From contig CAVQKV010000001.1 of the NCBI GenBank assembly GCA_963713185.1, positions 419,042 through 483,041 on the forward strand: a stretch of 64,000 nt of DNA. Reading direction: 5' to 3'. Within the stretch, counting starts at the first letter, position 1; every line of letters begins with the position of its first letter. Below the pieces are notes generated by a model. It saw only the letters and a list, made by a program, of their open reading frames with translations. It was not told the origin of the DNA and did no database searches. This DNA comes from an uncultured Actinomycetes bacterium. GTDB lineage: Bacteria > Actinomycetota > UBA4738 > HRBIN12. The position numbers were made by a program, and so were the translations under genes. Positions 9,247 through 16,341 of the stretch are shown here, piece by piece.

Positions 9247-9630
9247 ATGAACCGGAAGATCTTGACGGTGGTCGCACTCGGCCTGGGGGGACTCCTTCTC
9301 GCGCTGGTGCTCACCGTCGGCGCGTTCGCCATCGCCGGACAGGAGATCTCGCAGCCGGCGGGGGTTCCGATCTTCACGACGTCGCCGTCCCCGAGCCCCG
9401 ACCACGATCGCGATGAGACCCGCTCCCCCGAAACCGAACGCACCGAGAGCGCCTCGCCGACGGACCACAACGGCGGCGGGTCGGGCAGCTCTACCGGTTC
9501 GGACGACTCAAGCAGCTCGGAAGGCTCGGACGACGGGAGCTCGTCGGGGTCCGAAGAGTCCGGCAGCGGGTCCAGCGACTCAACCGGCTCGGATTCGGGT
9601 TCGGGCGAGAACGAGCATGACGACGATTGA
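9247..9630 (+). CDS. Membrane-anchored acidic Ser/Gly/Asp-rich low-complexity protein
   Basis: N-terminal signal-anchor MNRKILTVVALGLGGLLLALVLTVGAF, followed by SPSPSPDHDRDE...GSDDSSSSEGSDDGSSSGSEESGSGSSDS...ENEHDDD. GC3 is high. The antisense 621-aa ORF is a shadow. Confidence 0.55.
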   Translation: MNRKILTVVALGLGGLLLALVLTVGAFAIAGQEISQPAGVPIFTTSPSPSPDHDRDETRSPETERTESASPTDHNGGGSGSSTGSDDSSSSEGSDDGSSSGSEESGSGSSDSTGSDSGSGENEHDDD

Positions 9631-9743
9631 GCGCAGATCCCTAACCTCGGCTTGATCATCCACGTCGAAGGAGGTACCTGAAAGGTCCCTGGGCTGGCAA
9701 CCGATACCACCTCCGGGAGAGGTGCGAGAAGAGGGAGGTCCAG

Positions 9744-10172
9744 ATGGGCAAGGCTCTTCGAGTCGCGGCGATCCTGGCTGCGTTCGGCCTGACAGCATGG
9801 ATCGGCGTGGTAGCTCTGGCTCAAGGTTCGAGCCCGCCCACCCCGGCTCCTACGACGATCTCGACCACATCCCCCGCCCCCGGCAATGAAGGCGATGACG
9901 TGGAGGGCAACTGCGACGAAGCCGAGCACACGAACGATCAGGAGTGCCTCGGCGTGATCCAGGTTGCCGACGATGAGTCGAAGAACGACGACCAGGGCGA
10001 GGACGTCAACGACGACGACCAGGGCGAGGACGTCAACGACGACGACCAGGGCGAGGACGTCAACGACGACGACCAGGGCGAGGACGTCAACGACGACGAC
10101 CAGGGCGAGCAGGGAGGCGACAGCCAGGGTGAGGAGGAGGGCGACGACTCCGGCTCTGGCAGCGACGACTAG
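9744..10172 (+). CDS. Secreted/anchored acidic tandem-repeat protein (DQGEDVNDD x4)
   Basis: RBS GGGAGG. Signal-like MGKALRVAAILAAFGLTAWIGVVALAQG, a Pro/Thr linker, two Cys, then perfect 9-aa repeats and an acidic tail. Confidence 0.6.
   Translation: MGKALRVAAILAAFGLTAWIGVVALAQGSSPPTPAPTTISTTSPAPGNEGDDVEGNCDEAEHTNDQECLGVIQVADDESKNDDQGEDVNDDDQGEDVNDDDQGEDVNDDDQGEDVNDDDQGEQGGDSQGEEEGDDSGSGSDD
9990..10109 (+). repeat. Perfect 27-bp tandem repeat, 4.4 copies (gaccagggcgaggacgtcaacgacgac)
   Basis: Read directly. Units are at 9990, 10017, 10044 and 10071, with a partial unit at 10098. They are in-frame and identical. Confidence 0.9.
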
Positions 10173-10199
10173 GGGCCTGAAGCGATCTCGGACGACGGC

Positions 10200-10216
10200 C
10201 CGCGCCTCGGGCGCGG
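10200..10216 (+). terminator. GC hairpin after the acidic-protein gene (CCGCGCC-tcg-GGCGCGG), no U-tract
   Basis: Inverted repeat seen 28 nt after the stop at 10172. The hairpin is weak and lacks a U-tail. Confidence 0.25.
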
Positions 10217-10259
10217 TCGCCGGCTTCGGATCTCGGTCCCGCCGCGTAGGCTCTGGGGC

Positions 10260-11159
10260 GTGAGTAGGATCCTCGTCGGCACGGCGAGCTGGACGGACCC
10301 GACCCTCGTGAAGGACGGGCACTTCTACCCGCCCGAGGCAAAGAGCGCCGAGGCTCGGCTGCGCTTCTACGCCACGCAGTTCCCGATCGTCGAGGTGGAT
10401 TCCACCTATTACTTCCCACCGAGTGAGAAGAACGCCGTCTTGTGGATCGATCGGACGCCGAAGGACTTCACGTTCAACATCAAGGCCTACTCCCTGCTCA
10501 CCAATCACCCGACCAAGCGAGAGTCCCTTTACAAGGACCTGCTCGAGGAGCTTCCCGAGGAGACGGGCGACAAGAAGAACCTGTACCGGGAGCACCTCCC
10601 CGATGCCATCGTCGAGGAGGTCTGGCAGCGGTTCCACGACGCGCTCATGCCGCTCCACTCGTCGGGCAAGCTCGGAGCCGTGCTCTTCCAGTTCCCCCAG
10701 TGGTTCGTGATCGGACGGAAGAACAAGGACTACATCCTCGAGTGCGCCGATCGGCTGAAGGACTTCCGGCTCGCCGTCGAGTTCCGCCATAAGACGTGGT
10801 TGGAGGAGCGCAACGCCGAGGAGACCCTCTTGTTCCTGCGGGAGCACGGCCTGCCGCTCGTCTGCGTCGACATGCCGCAGGGGTTCGACTCGAGCGTCCC
10901 GCCGGTCGCCGCCGCGACCGCGAAGGACCTCGCGCTGGTGCGGTTCCACGGTCGCGACCCCGAGGTCTGGGCGAAGAAGAACGTCAGCGCCTCCGAGCGC
11001 TTCCGCTACGAATACTCCGAGCAGGAGCTGAAGGAGTGGGTCCCGAACATCCGCGAGGTCTCCGAGCAGGTCCGCGAGACCCACGTCCTGATGAACAACT
11101 GCTACCGCGACTTCGCCGTGAACAACGCTCGGCAGCTGGCGGACCTGCTGGAGGAGTAA
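10260..11159 (+). CDS. DUF72 (YecE/UPF0759) family protein
   Basis: GTG start. Motifs: ILVGTASWTDPTLV...FYP...RLRFYATQFPIVEVDSTYY...AVLFQFPQWF. Confidence 0.9.
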   Translation: MSRILVGTASWTDPTLVKDGHFYPPEAKSAEARLRFYATQFPIVEVDSTYYFPPSEKNAVLWIDRTPKDFTFNIKAYSLLTNHPTKRESLYKDLLEELPEETGDKKNLYREHLPDAIVEEVWQRFHDALMPLHSSGKLGAVLFQFPQWFVIGRKNKDYILECADRLKDFRLAVEFRHKTWLEERNAEETLLFLREHGLPLVCVDMPQGFDSSVPPVAAATAKDLALVRFHGRDPEVWAKKNVSASERFRYEYSEQELKEWVPNIREVSEQVRETHVLMNNCYRDFAVNNARQLADLLEE

Positions 11160-11451
11160 GGGTCCGGACTAGGGTCCGGCCCGACCCCGCGGGCACGCCC
11201 GCGTGGAAGGGAGGGTAGGCCGGGCCGGACGCCACTCCCCCCGGACCCGTCGGTCGGTTCCGGAGTACCCAACCGACTGTATCAGCGACGACAAGAACGC
11301 CAGATCGCGTCGATCGGATCCTCGAGGACGTGCGAGCCCACGGAGGGCCGTGAGCCTCACTCCACCACCAGGACCCCGTTCGCCGATCGGTGGACGTCCT
11401 CCTGGAAGGTCCTCGCCGCCCTCGGGCCCGGGCCGTGGCACCGAGCGCGTC

Positions 11452-13029
11452 CTACGCGTTGCTGGAGGGACCCATCGGCCCGGAGACACCCGTCACCTCA
11501 TCTCTCCATCCGATCGGCACGCCCGTGCAGACGTCGAGGGTCTCGAGGAGCCAACCCCCTGCGCCGTCGCCCAGGAACGTCGCCGACGCGACGACGCCGC
11601 CGCGGCGCACCACCCGCACGACGGGAAGCGAGCTCTCGGGATAGCCGGCGCGCTCAACGCGATCGTCGAACTCCAGCCCCGAGAGGTGCTGACGCGCGAT
11701 CTCGACGGGGTCTCCCTGCACGCCGACCGCGCCTTCGGGGTAGGCCGAACCCAGACCAGACTGGCCGCCCGTGCAACCGAGGTCGGCCGACACGTAGGAG
11801 GCGAGCGGATCGACGACCTGCAGGTCGGCCGGGCTCGCCACCCCGGTGCCCCCGTCCGAGACCGCGCTGCAGGACACCGTGGCGCTGCCCGGGGGGAGCT
11901 GCCAGACGTCCCTCGCCCGCTCGCCCGGTGGGGCGCCGCCACCCCCGATGGGATCGGACACCGACCGTCCCACGGTGTAGGAAACGGGGGTAGCAGCGGT
12001 GTTGGTGATCGCGATATGGACCCCGTCCGGTTGGGCAGCGACCACGGACCTGGTCGGGGTGATCGTCCCCGTACCGTCGCAGGCGAACTCCGCGACGTCG
12101 GACGGAACGCTGGCTGTACCGCTCGTGAACGACACGGGAACCGCAGCGATCTCATCGACGAGATATCCGATCGCTGGGACGTCCGGCGCATCCGTGAACA
12201 GGAAGCTGCCGATGGCCACGGCTCCGACCCCGGTCTTCGGCGTCATGGCGTAGACGTAGCCCGTGCATCCGTCCGGCACGTCGGGCACGGTGAACTCGAG
12301 CATGCCACCCGAGACCTCTACGTTCTCATCGGACCCCGTCGCATCGCACGACGTGAGGAAGCCCACCCCCATCGAGACCTTCTCCCCTTCGGGGAGCGTC
12401 GTCAGCAGGTCGATGGTGGTTCCGGACGCGATCTCCTCGCCCGGGGCCATCCCCAGAGCGAGATCGTTGCTCGAGACCTGGACGATGCTCCACAGGCCGT
12501 CGGGCCGGCCGAGTCGCCTCAAGGTCAAGGTCACGCTCGTCTTCGGACACGTCACATCGGCGACGATCTGATCGCACGACGTCCCGGGCTGGACGTTGAT
12601 GACGTGATACCTGAGAACCGCCGCGTCCTCGGATGCCGGAGCGAGCCCAGAACCGGATTCGCCCGGCCACCGCAGCACGTCCAGGGCGAAGCGTCGTGCG
12701 ACCTCATTCGGATCGGAGCGCCATGCGAGATCGCGATCCCCCGAGTCCACGGCTCCCTGCGCCGCGGCGAGTCCCTCGGCCGTTTGCTCGGGCCAGAGCG
12801 CGAAGATCCCCGATCCACCGCCCCCGCCGATCGTCTGATCACCGCCGGTTCGGAACGCGCCGAAGGCCGCCACGGATCCGGCGATCGCCACGAGGAGCGC
12901 CACCAGACCTGCCGTGATCCGACGGTTGCGCTCGTGGCGCCGGCGGGCGCGCTCGAGGCGTTCGAACGCGTCGGGGGCGACCTGCGCTCGCTCGCCGATC
13001 CGTTCCAGCCGTGTCCGAAGCTCACTCAT
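11452..13029 (-). CDS. Single-pass membrane protein co-transcribed with an ECF sigma factor (putative anti-sigma / extracytoplasmic sensor)
   Basis: Its start overlaps the sigma stop by 8 nt (13022-13029). It has a cytoplasmic helix, TM ITAGLVALLVAIAGSVAAFGAF, and a large Cys-containing ectodomain. No zf-HC2 motif is present. Confidence 0.7.
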   Translation of the reverse strand: MSELRTRLERIGERAQVAPDAFERLERARRRHERNRRITAGLVALLVAIAGSVAAFGAFRTGGDQTIGGGGGSGIFALWPEQTAEGLAAAQGAVDSGDRDLAWRSDPNEVARRFALDVLRWPGESGSGLAPASEDAAVLRYHVINVQPGTSCDQIVADVTCPKTSVTLTLRRLGRPDGLWSIVQVSSNDLALGMAPGEEIASGTTIDLLTTLPEGEKVSMGVGFLTSCDATGSDENVEVSGGMLEFTVPDVPDGCTGYVYAMTPKTGVGAVAIGSFLFTDAPDVPAIGYLVDEIAAVPVSFTSGTASVPSDVAEFACDGTGTITPTRSVVAAQPDGVHIAITNTAATPVSYTVGRSVSDPIGGGGAPPGERARDVWQLPPGSATVSCSAVSDGGTGVASPADLQVVDPLASYVSADLGCTGGQSGLGSAYPEGAVGVQGDPVEIARQHLSGLEFDDRVERAGYPESSLPVVRVVRRGGVVASATFLGDGAGGWLLETLDVCTGVPIGWRDEVTGVSGPMGPSSNA

Positions 13030-13561
13030 CGTGGTCCTCCAGGTGGGTCCGGAGCGTCACCCGGGCCTGGGACGCGAGCGATCGCACGGTGACGTCCTTC
13101 ACGCCGAGGATCCTGCCGGCCTCAGCGGAGCCGTAGCCGAGCAGCTCGGTCAGGACGATCGCGGAACGCTGGCGCTCCGGGAGCAGCGCGAGGGCTCGGG
13201 CAAGCGCGTCCCGCTCGTCCGCGGCCGCGAACGCGTCGCCGCCTTCGACCGAGCCGATCGCTCGCCGGGCCGCTCTGGAGGCTCGGCGCAACCGACTGCG
13301 GAACCGGTTCATCGCCGTCCGGTACAGGTAGCCGGTCGGCTCGTCCATGAGGCTCACACGGTCCCACCGCTCCCACACGGCCACGAACGCGTCCTGCATC
13401 AGCTCCTCCGCCTCCTGCGCGTCGCCGGTCACGAGGTACAGCGCCCGGAGCAACCGTTCGTGCTCGACCTCGAAGAACGCCTCGAAGCTCGGACCGACGG
13501 CCGGGTCCGAGGGCACGCGTCGGTCGGACACGGCGCTTGCGGGTTCGCTCATCCGGTCCAT
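13022..13561 (-). CDS. ECF (sigma-70 family) RNA polymerase sigma factor
   Basis: Region 2 DAQEAEELMQDAFVAVWERW and region 4 LPERQRSAIVLTELLGYGSAEAGRILGVKDVTVRSLASQAR. Confidence 0.9.
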   Translation of the reverse strand: MDRMSEPASAVSDRRVPSDPAVGPSFEAFFEVEHERLLRALYLVTGDAQEAEELMQDAFVAVWERWDRVSLMDEPTGYLYRTAMNRFRSRLRRASRAARRAIGSVEGGDAFAAADERDALARALALLPERQRSAIVLTELLGYGSAEAGRILGVKDVTVRSLASQARVTLRTHLEDHDE

Positions 13562-13601
13562 GAACGCCGCCGCCGCTCCTTCCGTTCAGATGGAGCCGGG
13601 A

Positions 13602-15113
13602 TCAGGGTGAGGTGGTCGGTGATACCAGCGAGGGTGACACGCTCGGCGAGGGTGTGGGCGTCGGGGTCGGCGTGAGCACCAGGTCTCCGAACTCCACCGA
13701 GACCGTCACGCGTTGGACCTGGAGGCTGCCGGATTCCGGCAACTGCTCGATCACGTCGTACGCGATCAGTTCCGGGGCGGGTCCACGGGAGAAGTAGAGG
13801 ACCTCGGCCGACAACGGGATGTCGGCCAGATCCCGGAAGATCCCGGCCCCCGAGCCGCCGGTGGTCCCGACCCGCAGGAAGAGGGTCCCGTTGATCACCC
13901 TCGCCGAGTTCTCGTGGAAGTGACCCGAGATCACGAGCGGCACCTGGCCCGCGACGGCCTCCGCCATCCGGTCGTCGTGGACCGCGACGACGTCGACCGG
14001 CTCCGTCGCGGCGTCGAGGTCCGCGGCGATCACGGGCCCCGCGGAGCGTGCGAGCGTCGCGAACTCCTCCGAGTCGACCGGCTCACCCCGGGCAGGCGTG
14101 AACGCGGGGTGCCCGAGGCCATACACCGTGAGGCCGTCGATCGTCTTGGCCCGGCCGTCCAGGACGATCGCGTTCGGCTGACGGGCGATCGCCTCCTGCA
14201 GCGCGATCGAGTCGTGGCTGCCCCGGACGAACACGTACGGTCGTCCGAAGCCGGGGATCCCGGTCGCGATCAGGCCCTCGATCGGCGTCCCGAACGAGGT
14301 GATGTCGCCGGTGTCGATCACGAGATCGACGTCGAAGCCCCGCGCGACCTGTTGGGCGAAGTCCATGCCGAGCGGCGAGGCATGGATGTCCGAGATGTGC
14401 AGCACGCGGATCGCGTCGTCCGCGGGCAGGGTGGCCTGGAGCGTCGTGTAGGCGCGGACCGTGCCGTCGACGATCTGCTCGAGCCCCGCGCGCAGATCTT
14501 GGATGCGGTCGGTCGCCTCCCGGACCGGGCCGATCAGTTGGGGTGCGAGCGCGAGCGACCCGGAGTACCTCGGCTCGGCGAACGCCGCCGGCTGGAAGGT
14601 CACGAGCAACAGGACCTCGCAGAGCGTCACGCCGAGTAGGGCAGCGATCCCTCCCGCGGCGACCAGATGCCATCTCCGACGGAAGACGAGCGCCGCGAGC
14701 GCGACGCCGCCGACGGTCGCGACGATCAGGACGCGCCACGCCATCGACGCGATCCGTCCCCGCGCGTCGCGTTCGATGTCGCTCACGAGCCCGTCGATGC
14801 CCTCGTCGTTCACGACGTCGGTGAGCCGCTGGACCCCGACGTCCTCGAGCGTGGCCGAGAGATGCAGGGGAGAGAGGTGCGTGTCCGCGGTCAGGGCGCC
14901 GAACGGCGGTAGTGCGAGCACGGTCTCGCCGCGGCCGAACCCGGCGTTCAGCTCGACGCGGAACGGCCCCATGGGGACCGTGTCGCGCGCGAGGAGCGCC
15001 ATCCCGAGCCACGCGCCGACCAGCCCGACCACGCAGGCGAGCACCACCGCCGCGACCGCGCGACCGCGGTGGGCCCGCCGGGGTTCCGTCGGCTCCTCGC
15101 CTGGTCCGTCCAC
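13602..15113 (-). CDS. Membrane-bound metallophosphoesterase
   Basis: N-terminal TM helices, then RVLHISDIHAS...DLVIDTGDIT...VRGSHD...VHDD...ISGHFH, and a (TP)n/Ser-Pro tail. Confidence 0.85.
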   Translation of the reverse strand: MDGPGEEPTEPRRAHRGRAVAAVVLACVVGLVGAWLGMALLARDTVPMGPFRVELNAGFGRGETVLALPPFGALTADTHLSPLHLSATLEDVGVQRLTDVVNDEGIDGLVSDIERDARGRIASMAWRVLIVATVGGVALAALVFRRRWHLVAAGGIAALLGVTLCEVLLLVTFQPAAFAEPRYSGSLALAPQLIGPVREATDRIQDLRAGLEQIVDGTVRAYTTLQATLPADDAIRVLHISDIHASPLGMDFAQQVARGFDVDLVIDTGDITSFGTPIEGLIATGIPGFGRPYVFVRGSHDSIALQEAIARQPNAIVLDGRAKTIDGLTVYGLGHPAFTPARGEPVDSEEFATLARSAGPVIAADLDAATEPVDVVAVHDDRMAEAVAGQVPLVISGHFHENSARVINGTLFLRVGTTGGSGAGIFRDLADIPLSAEVLYFSRGPAPELIAYDVIEQLPESGSLQVQRVTVSVEFGDLVLTPTPTPTPSPSVSPSLVSPTTSP

Positions 15114-15120
15114 CTCTCCA

Positions 15121-15142
15121 CTGTCGCAGACCTGTCGCAGAC
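15121..15142. promoter_or_regulatory. Exact 11-bp direct repeat x2 (ctgtcgcagac ctgtcgcagac) in a divergent promoter region
   Basis: Read directly. It lies between the divergent starts at 15113 (-) and 15197 (+). The one-helical-turn spacing is typical of winged-helix response-regulator sites. Confidence 0.3.
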
Positions 15143-15196
15143 CGTTGCCGAACGCCTCCGCGGAGCCATCGCGCGGGCCTGGGGTACCCTCGGAGC

Positions 15197-16294
15197 ATGT
15201 TCGGCCGGGGCTTCCGCATCGCGACCATCCGAGGTGTGCCGGTCAACGTCGACTCGTCCTGGCTCTGGATCGCCGTGCTGCTCGTCGCCACGTTCTGGGC
15301 CCAGCTCGACCGGGAATTCCCCGGTCTGTCGGGTGGCGCGGCGTTCGGGTTCGCGGTGTTCGGGGCGCTCGTCTTCTTCGGCTCGGTGTTCCTGCACGAG
15401 GCCGCCCATGCGGTCACCGCTCGCGCCAACGGGATCGCCGTCCACGGCATCACGCTCGTGTTCTTCGGCGGGTTCACCGCCGCGCGGGCGGACGAGAAGG
15501 GGCCCGGGCCCGCCTTCGCGATCGCGGCGCTCGGGCCCGGGACGAGTCTCGGGCTCGCGGGCGCGTTCTGGGTGCTCTCGCGCGTGACGGAGGCGTCGGG
15601 AGGACCGCTGCCGGGGCTGTTCAGCTACGTGAGCGCGGTCAACCTGTTCATGGCGGTCTTCAACGCGCTCCCCGGTCTGCCGCTCGACGGGGGACGCATG
15701 CTGCAGTCGGTCGTGTGGCGGGTGACCGGCGATCTGCAGAGGGCGACGCGCATCGCGGCGCGTTCGGGCCTCGTGGTCGGTGGGATCGTGATCGCGGTGG
15801 CGGTCTATGCGCTCGCGCGCCAGCGGCTGTTCGAGGCCGTCTGGGGCGGGATCATCGGGATGTTCATCTTCCGGGGCGCGCAGGCCTCCGAGCAGCGGAT
15901 CGGCATCGACGACCGCCTCGCCTCGGCGACCGTCGCCGACGCGATGGATCCGCCGCCGCCCGCCGTCCCCGCCGAGCTCTCGCTCTCGGTGACGCTCGAC
16001 CGGTTCCTGCGTGGCCACGAGGAGGAGGCGTTCCCGGTGATCGAGGACGGCAAGGTGATCGGGATGATCTCGTTCAACTCGTCGCGCGAGCTCGGGATCC
16101 TCGACCCGCTCCGCCCCGCGCGCGACGCCGTCATCCCGCTCGAGCACGTCCTGGTCGCCCACCCCGACGAACGGCTCGACGAGGTCTCGGCGCGGCTGGG
16201 GACCGAGCGGGCGGCGCTCGTCCTTCGGGACGGGCAGCTCGTGGGCGCGATCAGCGGCTCGGGCGTCTACCGATGGGCGGCCCGCGCGCGCTGA
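15197..16294 (+). CDS. Site-2 protease family (peptidase M50) with C-terminal CBS pair
   Basis: Inside ORF 14912..16294, from ATG 15197. Motifs: FLHEAAHAVTA (HExxH) and NLFMAVFNALPGLPLDGG, followed by the CBS-like EEAFPVIEDGKVIGMIS / ALVLRDGQLVGAIS. Confidence 0.9.
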   Translation: MFGRGFRIATIRGVPVNVDSSWLWIAVLLVATFWAQLDREFPGLSGGAAFGFAVFGALVFFGSVFLHEAAHAVTARANGIAVHGITLVFFGGFTAARADEKGPGPAFAIAALGPGTSLGLAGAFWVLSRVTEASGGPLPGLFSYVSAVNLFMAVFNALPGLPLDGGRMLQSVVWRVTGDLQRATRIAARSGLVVGGIVIAVAVYALARQRLFEAVWGGIIGMFIFRGAQASEQRIGIDDRLASATVADAMDPPPPAVPAELSLSVTLDRFLRGHEEEAFPVIEDGKVIGMISFNSSRELGILDPLRPARDAVIPLEHVLVAHPDERLDEVSARLGTERAALVLRDGQLVGAISGSGVYRWAARAR

Positions 16295-16341
16295 TCACAC
16301 CCGGGACGGTCGTGTCCGAGCACGGCGGTAGCATCGCGCCG

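Noticed and set aside
9990-10109. CRISPR-like array (also considered for 55756..55794 and 37594..37680).
   Set aside because: The units are contiguous with no spacers. They are in-frame coding repeats or 13-bp microsatellite units, and no cas genes are present.
9219-11084. A 621-aa minus-strand ORF, and similar long antisense ORFs (7079..8773, 14083..15477, 16885..18939, 19041..21683, 36309..37589, 47107..48771, 57568..59235).
   Set aside because: These are typical high-GC shadow ORFs. They are Arg/Pro/Gly/Asp-rich with no motifs. Each lies opposite a frame with clear family signatures and high GC3.
11160-11451. A 290-nt gap between convergent genes, examined for a small gene or RNA.
   Set aside because: All six frames give only Arg/Pro-rich or very short ORFs. 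I saw only short GC hairpins (CGCGGGC/GCCCGCG) and GGGTCCGG repeats, with nothing I can support. It may be a gene remnant.
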